64,000 nucleotides of DNA from Blastocystis sp. Blastoise (Eukaryota > Protista > Bigyra: Opalinata), in assembly GCA_039096225.1 (NCBI GenBank), contig JBBPEB010000033.1, positions 1 to 64,000 of the forward strand, given 5' to 3'. The notes below the pieces were generated by a model. The model had not been told where the DNA came from, searched no databases, and saw nothing but the letters and a program-made list of their open reading frames with translations. Below are positions 54,114-64,000 of this stretch, piece by piece. Within the stretch, counting starts at the first letter, position 1. Each line of letters begins with the position of its first letter. The translations under genes were made by a program, and so were the position numbers.

Positions 54114-55116
54114 GTATATATATATATATACATATATATATATAATTATATAAGCTTATTGAATTGAATTTATTTTTAATATTATATTATCTATTTCAAA
54201 AGAATCTTCAATATACTATTATGTATATCATTTATTATCTTCATTCTATTCTACTCTTTCTATTTCTTTTAATATATAAAAAGTAAAGCATATAGAGAAA
54301 TAATACACTATATAATAACTACTCTTCTTCCTCCTTCTATTACCACATATATATTATGTATTCGATGAATAAATATTTATTCTCCTATTGTTATAATATT
54401 ATTATTCATTTAAATCATATATTTATGATTCAAAACTGATTTATATTAAACTGCATGATAATTTTATGTTATTATTTACTTTTCTTATAAAGATACAGTG
54501 TTTTATTATTATCTATTATTTTTGATATATTTCTCGTATAACAATTTAAATTGTATTTATTATTTTGTTTAAATTATTCATAGAAACATATTTCTATTAT
54601 AATAATCATAGAAAAATAAAAACAATTTTTTTTTAAAGAATGTACTAATTAGACAAACATAAAGACATATAAATTCTCTTATTTTATAATTTACTCTGTT
54701 CTTATCAATTATGTCATATTATTATATCCATAGAATTCATACATAAGAGTAATTATGACTTCATTCTCTGAAAATCTTTAAATTGTTTTGCCAGTAGTCT
54801 TTAAACGTCATTACAAACAATAAATAAACGTATACAACTCATTTAATACTTTATTAATAGACTTTTGTTTAACAAAGACTTTTTAGTATAAAAAAAGAGA
54901 AAAACGGACGTTTTCATCTATCTCCTGGATTTAAATCAAATTTTTATGAAATTCTTATAAATAAATAAAATTATTCTCTTTACCCCCACCCCTGTTTATT
55001 TTGTTTTATATTTTTCAATCTTTACATAAATATTTTTTTTATTCATATTTCAAAAATATATAATAAAGGTTCTATAAAATGTATTTTTATTATTTTATAA
55101 ATATAATAGAATATAG

Positions 55117-55381
55117 GTTTCTTTATATCATTCAAATAATAAGCAAATGAATACGATTATGGATAAGGTATATATATATTTATTCTATTACTTATTCTAT
55201 AGGTTTATTATATTATTATCAAATCAAAATATCAAAAACACTAATATTGGAAAGGTATGTTTTTACTCATTTTATCTAATTATATTCTAGCAATTGTAGG
55301 AAGATCAAATAGCTCAACCGTGGTTCATTGCAATGATTCTTCTCAATAGTATATACTTATATTACCTTTTATATTTTACAG
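55117..55381 (+). pseudogene. Small spliced gene fragment with 33-36-nt introns, broken off at a TTAGGG tract
   Basis: Introns 55168-55202, 55255-55290 and 55349-55381; the next exon position is occupied by GTTAGGGTTAGGGTTAGGG. Confidence 0.5.
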
Positions 55382-55382
55382 G

Positions 55383-55400
55383 TTAGGGTTAGGGTTAGGG
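55383..55400 (+). repeat. Interstitial telomere-like (TTAGGG)3
   Basis: Seen directly; followed by an A-run. Confidence 0.85.
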
Positions 55401-55489
55401 AAAAAAAAATATATAATGAGAGTATGTTATAAAATGTTATAATATTTTTTAATATTATAAATATAATTGGATAAAAAAAGATATTATTG

Positions 55490-56000
55490 ATTTAATTGGT
55501 AGTCTAGAATCGTAGAATCGTAGAGTCTACGATTGTATGATTGTAGGATTAAATAAACCAATAGAATAAGTTTAAAAAAAAATCAACCAAAATAGTATTA
55601 GGGTAAAAAAGTGAACCAAAATAGTATTAGGGTAAAAAAATGATAGAATAAAGTGGTAATGTTTTAAAAGAAGGGTTCTCAAAATTTTATTAGGGTGAAA
55701 ATAATTAATTTAATTGGTTAAAAAAATAAAATAAAATAATTGGGTATTGTAGAATTGAAAAAAGAAGAAAATAATTGGATAAAAAAAGATTTATCCAATA
55801 AAAATAGAGTTTTTCATTTCTACAATCATAGAATCGTAGAGTCTACGATTCTACGATTGTAGAATATAAGATAATGAATTTGATTGGTAGTCTACAATCG
55901 TAGAGTCTACGATTCTACGATTGTAGGATTGTAGGAAAATGAATTTGATTGGCTGTCTACAATCGTAGAATCGTAGACTCTACGATTCTACGATTGTAGG
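55490..56000. repeat. Array of four palindromic units built from the 7-mer TAGAATC/TACAATC, plus a 2x direct repeat containing TTAGGG
   Basis: Example 55957-55999: CTACAATCGTAGAATCGTAGA-C-TCTACGATTCTACGATTGTAG (perfect 21-bp arms). Related copies at about 55502, 55819 and 55890. AACCAAAATAGTATTAGGGTAAAAAA occurs at 55585 and 55615. Confidence 0.9.
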
Positions 56001-58938
56001 CAGGGGTCACCACGTAGTTACTCGTTAAGCGAAAGGACCAAAATTTTTGCGCTTAAATAACAAAGTTACTTTTTTATTACCGTGATTTTCATAGTTATTT
56101 TAAGTGATGAAAACACGGGAAAAACAAAAATATAAGGGAAAATGTTTTGCTAAACCAAAAAGAACATTCTATATTAGATAAACTTTTTTTATTGTTTAAA
56201 TACATGGAACAGTACTTTAAAAAATTACAAGTATATTAATAGTAATATATATATATATATATAGATTGACAAGTCTACAACAGACGAAAAAAAAAAAGAT
56301 GATGACATAATTACAGAAGAAACGAATAATAAACCAGATATTAATCCTAAATCCAAATATTATAGTGAAGTAAAAGAAGGAGTTAAAAGATATAATGCCA
56401 ATCCAGTTGTTTATGGATTTAAAAAATTAACAAAAAACTCCTATTTTTGTTTAATCTGTGAGTCTACTCTCACGTGTAAAGGTTATGAAGCCTCAAAACT
56501 CTTCACTCATTTCAAGAATAAACATGGGTTAAGCAAATACACATATGATGACATTCAAGAACTCTTAAAAGATCATAATGAAAACACAGAATACTCAAAT
56601 TCTCTCTTTAGCTTTTCAGATTTATCCAGTAAGCTTTCATATTTCATCGCCTACTCCATTTCAAAGAATGGATACAGCTACAGAACTGGAGAAAAATTAG
56701 TTAAACCTATTATTGAAGAATATGAAAGGTTAAAGAATGTCAAAGTCCTTTCTAATCTTCCGTTATCCTCAAGCAGTATCAAAAGAAAAAGTGATGAAAT
56801 TGCTTTGACAATTCAACAAGAAGTAATAAATAGGATAAGACAATCAGGATCATTTTCTATTCAGCTTGACGAGTCAACTGACATAGAAATGAAATCCTAT
56901 TTACTCGTTTATGCTAGATACGAATATAATAAAAAGTTTACTGAATCATTTTTAAGTATTTTTCAGATTAGTTCCAAAACAGGTGATAATATATTTAACA
57001 TGGTAGATAATTTCTTTAATAATAATAACCTTCTGTGGAATAATTGCGTATCAGCTACTTTTGACGGTGCTTCGAATATGAATGGAGACAAAAACTCCTT
57101 CAAAACACGAGTACTAGAGAAGAATAAGAATTGTATGTTCATCCACTGTTTTCTTCATAGAGAAGAACTCTGTGTAAACTGTTTACCAAAATACTTCACT
57201 AATATATTCAAAAGTGCTGTTGAGATAATTTCATATATAAAGAAGTCTGCTGTTAGACAAGACGAATCCAATAATTACAATATTGATAATGAATATTCAT
57301 TAACCTCTTCTATCTTCTCTCCTCAAGATAACATACCTGATTCCCCTAATAATATATCTTCTTTAGAGATAGAATATAATAAAGTAGTTGAATCCCTTTT
57401 AGATACATCTGATACAGATAATAATATAGATAATAATATTCATGAAGTTTATAGTAATGATAAGAAGGAAGAAAAAAAGGAAAAAAATATTAGAAGTTAT
57501 AAACTTCTCCTTTATTGCCCTACAAGATGGCTTTCATGCCATTCATCAATTAAAAGATTTAATTTACTTAGAAATGGAATAACACTAGTAATAAAAAAGG
57601 ATAAAGAAAAGAAGGACTTATATAACACCATTATTGATACTAACTTCATAGCTTCAATGTTATACCTTGAGGATGTTACCAGTTTATTCTATGATTGTAA
57701 TAAATCAATGCAAGGACAGCATAGATATATATTTGGGTTAATAGACATTATGAAGGATTTATTTATAAAATTATCGTTGAGATTAGAAAGACTAATAAAT
57801 AATAACGATTATTCATCATTTACGAAACTTAAGGATTATGTATCTACAACCAAGCTTGATATTAATTCAATCATATTTTATATCAAAAATCATCTAATAA
57901 CTCTTCGACGTAATTTACTGAATTATTTCCCAGAAATACTAAATTATATTGGTAGTGATGAATCGTATCTTCAAGACCTTAATGAATATTTAATAGACCA
58001 AGAAAATACACATAATACATCAAATATATCTCATGAAGTGAATAGTAATGTTAATAACAATACATCAGTAGTATCAAACCAATTTAATATTCTTGGATCA
58101 TTACAAGGTTGCGTATCTCCAAATGGAGTTGTAAATGGCTTAATAACCTATGTTGACATAGTTACTCAGCAATTAATAGAAACTCAAGTAACGATTAGAA
58201 TTGACTTTCCATATTTAGTATATGGATACACTTTAGGTAGTATTTCTGGTGTTCTTAATAATTTCCCTAATAGTAGTATTCAAGGACAATACAATGGAAT
58301 CATTAGTAATATAAATATAATTCAGGCTAATATCAATTGTATAATAACTCTTGGGGCAATCATTCCAAATGAAATAAGTAATAATACAAATCAAGGAGAA
58401 GTACAAAAGAATAAAAAGCAGAAGAAAACGAATAGTAACATAAAAAAACCAAAAAATACACCAACAACTAATCTTATTGATCATTCTTTATATTGGATTA
58501 CTAATCCATTTTCAAAAGTAGCTGACGAAAATAAAATGGAGTTTCATGTTAAAGAAGAGTATTTCTGTTTACTTGCTGATAAAACATGTAGAGAAGAATT
58601 TAATAACGTACCAATAGATGAGTTCTATATAAGCCATAAGAGTCGTTTTCCATTATTATATGATATAGCCAAGAAATGTTTTCTTCCCTTTGCAACTTCA
58701 TATCTCTGTGAGAGCGGTTTCAGTCATCTCGTGTATATAAAAAACAAATACAGAAACACTATTAATCCAACAACCCAAATGACAATTGGATTAACTTCTG
58801 ATATCATTGATTCTTCATCACTTATAACTACTGTTTTAGAGCGTATGTATATTATAAGTATTATATTCAAAATTCACATAATATAGAATCTATTCTTAAT
58901 TATATATAGATAAATTAAAGAAAAAGAAACTCGATTGA
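56001..58938 (+). mobile_element. hAT (Buster/Charlie-type) element: probable left end plus transposase; right end not found in window
   Basis: CAGGGGTCACCAC starts at 56001, exactly where the palindrome array stops and 203 bp before the transposase ATG. No matching GTGACCCCTG was seen downstream. Confidence 0.65.
56204..58938 (+). CDS. Buster/Charlie-family hAT transposase, 3 exons, about 877 aa, apparently intact
   Basis: Exons 56204-56230, 56265-58842 and 58910-58938. BED finger YGF..CLIC..SKLFTHFKNKH; LSYFIAYSISK..TGEKLVKP..LPLS; catalytic FSIQLDESTD, FDGA, HCFLH, TRWLS, WITNPF and PFATSYLCESGFS. Confidence 0.92.
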
Positions 58939-61039
58939 TAACATCTAGCAACAAAATCACTAATCTAATCCAACTACTTAATTACTGTATTTATACTACA
59001 AAGTACATTGATTTCTTTTACTATTAATATTTATATATTTATATTGTTTTCATTATATTAACTATTTGTATTCCATAATGTTTTATTGTTACATTATAAT
59101 TTGTATTGTTTTAATTAACTCAAGAAGATATACTGTTATCTTTTAAATATAATTATAAATAGATGACATTGAATATTCCTTTATATATTTGATTATATCA
59201 ATAGTATATAGTTTCTTAATTAGAATCACTATTCCTTAATAATTTTTATCTATATTTCAATTATTTTTCTAATTATATTCTTTTTCAAGTACTATTATAT
59301 TCAGATCAAACGAATAACTGAGAAATATTATTACTTATATGAAAAATAAATATTATTTTAGAAGTAATTATTTCATATATACTAATCTCTCTAGTATAAT
59401 ACTTTAAAACAATATCCAATACTAATAAGAATCTTTATTCAATCAAAAGTATAATATACAACTATAAAGTATACTCTTCTTAAATCAAATAGTATATCTA
59501 ATCAAGAAGATTAAATATATAAATAAATAGCAAAATATATTTTCAATCATAATGTATCAATAGAAAGAACCAAATAACTACTAAAATCATTTACCTGACT
59601 TATCAATCAAATATCACAAAGAGAGTGATAACAATTGGTTCCTAAAGAATATACTATTTTCCAAAACATATATATAAAGTGGAATCTTAAATCGTTTACA
59701 CCAACAATTTTATATTTATACATGAATTCAAAAGGAAAGAGCAAGATGTGTTATATCTATATTAAGTATCATATGAGGGATTATATATATCCGAAAGAGT
59801 ATTAGAATATATGATATAATAGAAAGTAATGTGGATTTTATATTATAATAGCATGAAATAAGTATTAGATTAAGATTCATGATATTATATAAAGGTTAGC
59901 ATTTGAAAGATTATCAGAAGAAAAATTATTGGAAAGATTGACATAGACTTAATGAGAATATATTTATATATGTAGATCATAAAGAAGATAACTAAAAACT
60001 TGTAAATAAAATTTGAAGTTAAGAAGAAGGAAGAATGCATATATCAACTGAATTTATAATCGGCAGTGATAAATGAGTAGAAGAGACGATAATAATTATT
60101 TTTAGTATATTTTTAAAGACAATAACATGAAGAGAGAACAATATTCGTATAAAAATATATATAAATCTATAAATAGAAATACAATAAATAAACCATAAGA
60201 AGTAATAAGAAGTTGATTTCTATATTATATCATCATGAGTAAAAGAACAAACGGAGTAAATTGTATATAATAGTTAGACATTGTATAAATAATATGAAGT
60301 AACGGCTGATAACGGAAAAAGCAGGTGTAAATATATATAAGCATATTAATTATGTACATATGCACTTAAGAAGATATAATATCTAAAGTAATAGAAATGA
60401 AAATCATTACTATATATATGAGAATAGGCAAAAAAATTCCCATTGGTCAGTTTTTGGAAAAACCATTTGATTGGCTAATGTATACTATAGTTTGTCGCCG
60501 CAACTCCTCTAAACTTACGGGGAGTTAACTTTTCGTTGAAACACAGTTCAATAGGATATAACATGTAGTTGTGCACCGTATATTTGGTTAAGCGATATTA
60601 TTTATAATTAAAAAGTTATTAATAAAAGAACAGAAAACATGATTTTTGAGTCGTTTTTGATTGGCTCTTTGGGATCATCCCGATAAAAATTGTTGACCAG
60701 ACAATTGAAAAATAAACATGGGGTAAACTTGATTTTTTATCAATCCCACAATATACGTTATCCGTGTTTATTCTTTATATTTATCTATTTTTTAATACTT
60801 TTTCATATTGAACACGTGAGGCCTTAACGGTCAAATTTAGATTCTTATTTTGACATGATATTCTGATTCAGGAGGTCAAAAAACCTAGGTGTAGCGATTT
60901 TGAGCTCCTGAGGACGATTTTTGAGTGATCGATATTTTCTTCGATCTTCTTATAATTGACTAATATTGTATCATAGTAATCAATAGGTCCTCAAACTACT
61001 ATAGTTAAAACAAAGTCTTAAAATAATGAGTTTGAGTGT

Positions 61040-61812
61040 CACAATTTTGAAAAATGTGAATTAAGTGGTCTTAGAGTGAGAGATTCAATATAATGACTTT
61101 TATTTAGTAAACTAGACTTATAACTCTATACTATGTTAAAAGGAGAGTCAAAATTATGATGGTCAAAGTGTATATGACCAAATGACAAAATGTGTCTTAA
61201 AAAGTAAAAGGGTTTCTATATATGTTTAGAATCATGTATTAAGTCTATTTTATGAATAAGAGCTTTAAATAAATAGTTTAAGGTTGTCAAATTTAAATAA
61301 ATGTGTAAAACATAGTCTTAAACTTTGAATAAAAAATTTAGAGATATTAATTAGTGTGCAGCTATAGTAGCTCTACAACATATCAAAAGTACAAAGAAAA
61401 TAATTTTTAAAGAGTTGATGTGTGAAGGGTTGTGACTATTATTTAAAATTTATTTTTACTTCAGTTTATACAAAATCGTGAATTTCGTGCACTGTAAAAA
61501 AACTGAGCCAAAAAGTCAACTCTAAGGGTCTTAATTTTTAGAAAATGTAAAAATGAGTGACTTAGAGGACGAGATTCAAAATAAGAGCTTTTAGTCATTA
61601 AACTAGAGTGTATGACCTATATTATATTAAAAGAAGGGACAAAAATATTTTGATCAAAGTGTATTAGCAAATGGTAAAGTGTCTTTAAAAGTGTTATGAT
61701 GATGACAGTTGTGTTTAAGTAGTTAAATCAAGTTTACTCTTAAAATATCAGCTTTAAATAGCAAGTTAAAGGTTGTTAATTTGTCAAAATGTTTTAAACA
61801 CTGTCTTAAACA
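61040..61812 (+). repeat. Diverged tandem duplication (about 280-bp copies, about 490-bp period)
   Basis: Colinear anchors CTTAGAG..GAGATTCAA..AAACTAGA..TCAAAGTGTAT..GCTTTAAATA..AGGTTGT..GTCTTAAAC at about 61070-61325 and 61560-61812. Confidence 0.75.
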
Positions 61813-62281
61813 AAGAGATTCAAGAAGTTGACTTTCATTTTATACATAATATGTGTATATAAACACTTTACTAAAAGAACTTTGGAAAATATTGTGGATG
61901 AGTGTTTTGTCAAATGGTAAAGTTGTGTCAAGAGTTAATTATTTTAATTCATTTTTGTTTAAATCAATGTTTTATGTCCACTCTATAAAAACTATCTTTT
62001 AATACTGAGTTTAACGTTTTAAAGTCGACATGTGTGTTTGGTTTGTTTACTTTTAATTATTAAAATTGAGTTTAAATTGATAAATTATGTCAGACACGTC
62101 TATATTGATTGATTCAAACAGTTTAGAGATAATTTATTTGTTTGAGTATAAATAGATTTGTTCTCATTGTGACTGTTGTTGAGAAGAGGAAGTCTAAAAA
62201 AACTATAAAAAGTTAGATATATATATATAAGGTCAAAATTGAAAAGTATAAATTAAACTGGATTAAAATAAATTAAAAAAA

Positions 62282-62358
<77 letters not shown>

Positions 62359-62391
62359 GTGAATAAAATATTAAAAAATAAAAAAATAACA

Positions 62392-62457
62392 CTTTATGTC
62401 AGGAATTGAACCTGAAAACAATCTATATGATTGTTTCTCTCCTTCTAGAGCATAAAA
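62392..62457 (-). ncRNA. tRNA-like cloverleaf, copy C
   Basis: Minus strand: TTTTATG CTCT-AGAAGG-AGAG AAACAATC-ATATA-GATTGTTT TCAGG-TTCAATT-CCTGA CATAAAG, followed by T-runs. Confidence 0.78.
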
Positions 62458-62509
62458 GGAGTTTATAAATAATAATAATAATCAAATATATATATATATA
62501 TATATATAA

Positions 62510-63028
62510 TAAGAAGGAAATGAAGTGGAAGGATGAGGAAGAAGGAAGTAGGAAGGATTAGGAAGAAGAAGTAAGAATAAGGAAGGATGAGGAAGAAGGA
62601 TGAGAAAGAAGGAAGTAAGAAGAAGTAAGAATAAGGAAGGATGAGGAAGAAGGAAGAATCCAGAATGAAGAAGAAGTAAGTAAGAAGAATCAAAGATGAG
62701 GAAGAAGGAAGAAGGAAGTAGGAAGTAGGAAGCATGAATGAAGAATGAAATAGGAAGAAGGAAGCATGAATGGAGAAGGAAATAGGAAGAAGGAAGAAGG
62801 AATGAAGAAGGAAATAGGAAGTAGAAAGAATGAGAAAGAAGTAAGAAGGAAGAAGAAAGAAGAAAAAAAGAATAAGAAGATTTTAAACCTATATAAAATA
62901 GAAAACATATAAAAAAGATAATATAAATAATTAATAAATACATAAATAAATATTAAAAATAAATAAATAAACATATAAAATAAATAAATAATAATAAATA
63001 AATAAACATATAAATATAATAAATATAA

Positions 63029-63067
<39 letters not shown>

Positions 63068-63484
63068 AATAAATAAATAAATAAATAAATAAAATAAATT
63101 TAATAAATAAAATATAAATAAATAAAGAAACAATAAATAACAAAAATAATAAATAAAATATAAATATATACATATAAATCAACCTGAAACCACAGATTTA
63201 AAAGAAAGACATGAAAAAACGAAGAGTATAACACACACATCAGTTACATTTTCTTCCCTATAGAATAAAAATAACTAATAATCTATTGATTAATTATATA
63301 TAAAGAAAATATAAACCAAAAAGATAATAAAAAAAGAAACAATTAAAGAAACAAATGAATTAAAAATGAAATATTATAAAAAATATATATATTTATATAC
63401 CTGACACTAAATAAACCATTTCATTTAACCAGGACCACTTCAAGAACCACTAACCATGACAACCAAGGCAAATACAAGAGAATC
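62510..63484 (-). other. Spliced unit without an ORF, ending in a TTC-rich exon upstream of tRNA-like copy C
   Basis: Exons 63484-63401 (stops in all three frames), 63257-63184, and from acceptor 62890-62889 into the TTC-rich tract 62888-62510. Confidence 0.55.
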
Positions 63485-64000
63485 CTATAAAGAAGTGTAT
63501 TATTTTAAATAAATAAATTAGTATATAAATAGATAAATATAATACTAAGTTAAATAACTTTAAATAAATAAATAAAACACACTAAGTCAATCAATACAAT
63601 AAAATATTTAAAAAAGAGTAAAGAACTATGTTTTTTGGGTACCCAAAATGATTTTAAACCAGAATGACCCAATTATTACTTTTGTAATAAAATCAATGAA
63701 AAATTAAGGCTATTTTTGATTTCTATTATGTTTTAAGAAGCATATTTTAAAAATAGACCCTATTATATTTATTAATTCAAATGAAATAGGATTGTTAAAT
63801 ACATAATCTAATACTCATTTATATATTAAATTATTAATTATGATGTCTAAGAACAACAAAATTGCTTCAAGGTGGAGGTCTGGAAATAAAAAATAATTTA
63901 TATTTCAAAGAAAATCAGGTATATTGTATCTATTTGTTATTAGTATTCATATTTAGGTTCTTCTACTCAATAAAATCCAGTTGTGTATGCTCTTGGTCTT

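Noticed and set aside
60420-60920. GC-richer island as the hAT right end
   Set aside because: No reverse complement of CAGGGGTCAC and no ATTGTAGG duplication.

Overview
Extremely AT-rich eukaryotic DNA with many short GT-AG introns (commonly 32-36 nt), often expanded by (TA)n/(TTA)n microsatellites. The intron size is reminiscent of Blastocystis-like protists, but the organism cannot be established from this window. Most of the window is nested DNA transposons and decayed or chimeric host-gene fragments. (1) 1-17345: a frameshifted, truncated Snf2/BRG1-type remodeler, a midasin-like AAA/VWA pseudogene split by a 5.4-kb CACTG element (TSD TTT), and a Cys-rich fragment. (2) An apparently intact 5-exon CACTA/EnSpm transposase (minus, 18849-22750), head-to-head with an unknown 225-aa gene. 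That gene's last intron holds a 22.9-kb Mutator-like element (23477-46364, 9-bp TSD), which itself holds a 4.4-kb CACTA element (28677-33114, TSD GCA). (3) A mosaic multi-exon pseudogene (about 48230-54113). (4) A TTAGGG/palindrome array followed by an apparently intact Buster-type hAT transposase carrying a large extra domain. The most striking unexplained signal is three divergent copies (24782-24847, 33429-33496, 62392-62457, all minus) of a 66-68-nt tRNA-like cloverleaf. The stems show compensatory changes, the D-loop GG and T-loop TTCAA are invariant, and there is no conserved anticodon. Each copy lies just downstream of a spliced unit without an intact ORF, two of which end in long polypyrimidine exons. 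This is a candidate mascRNA-like or Pol III tRNA-mimic system associated with transposons.
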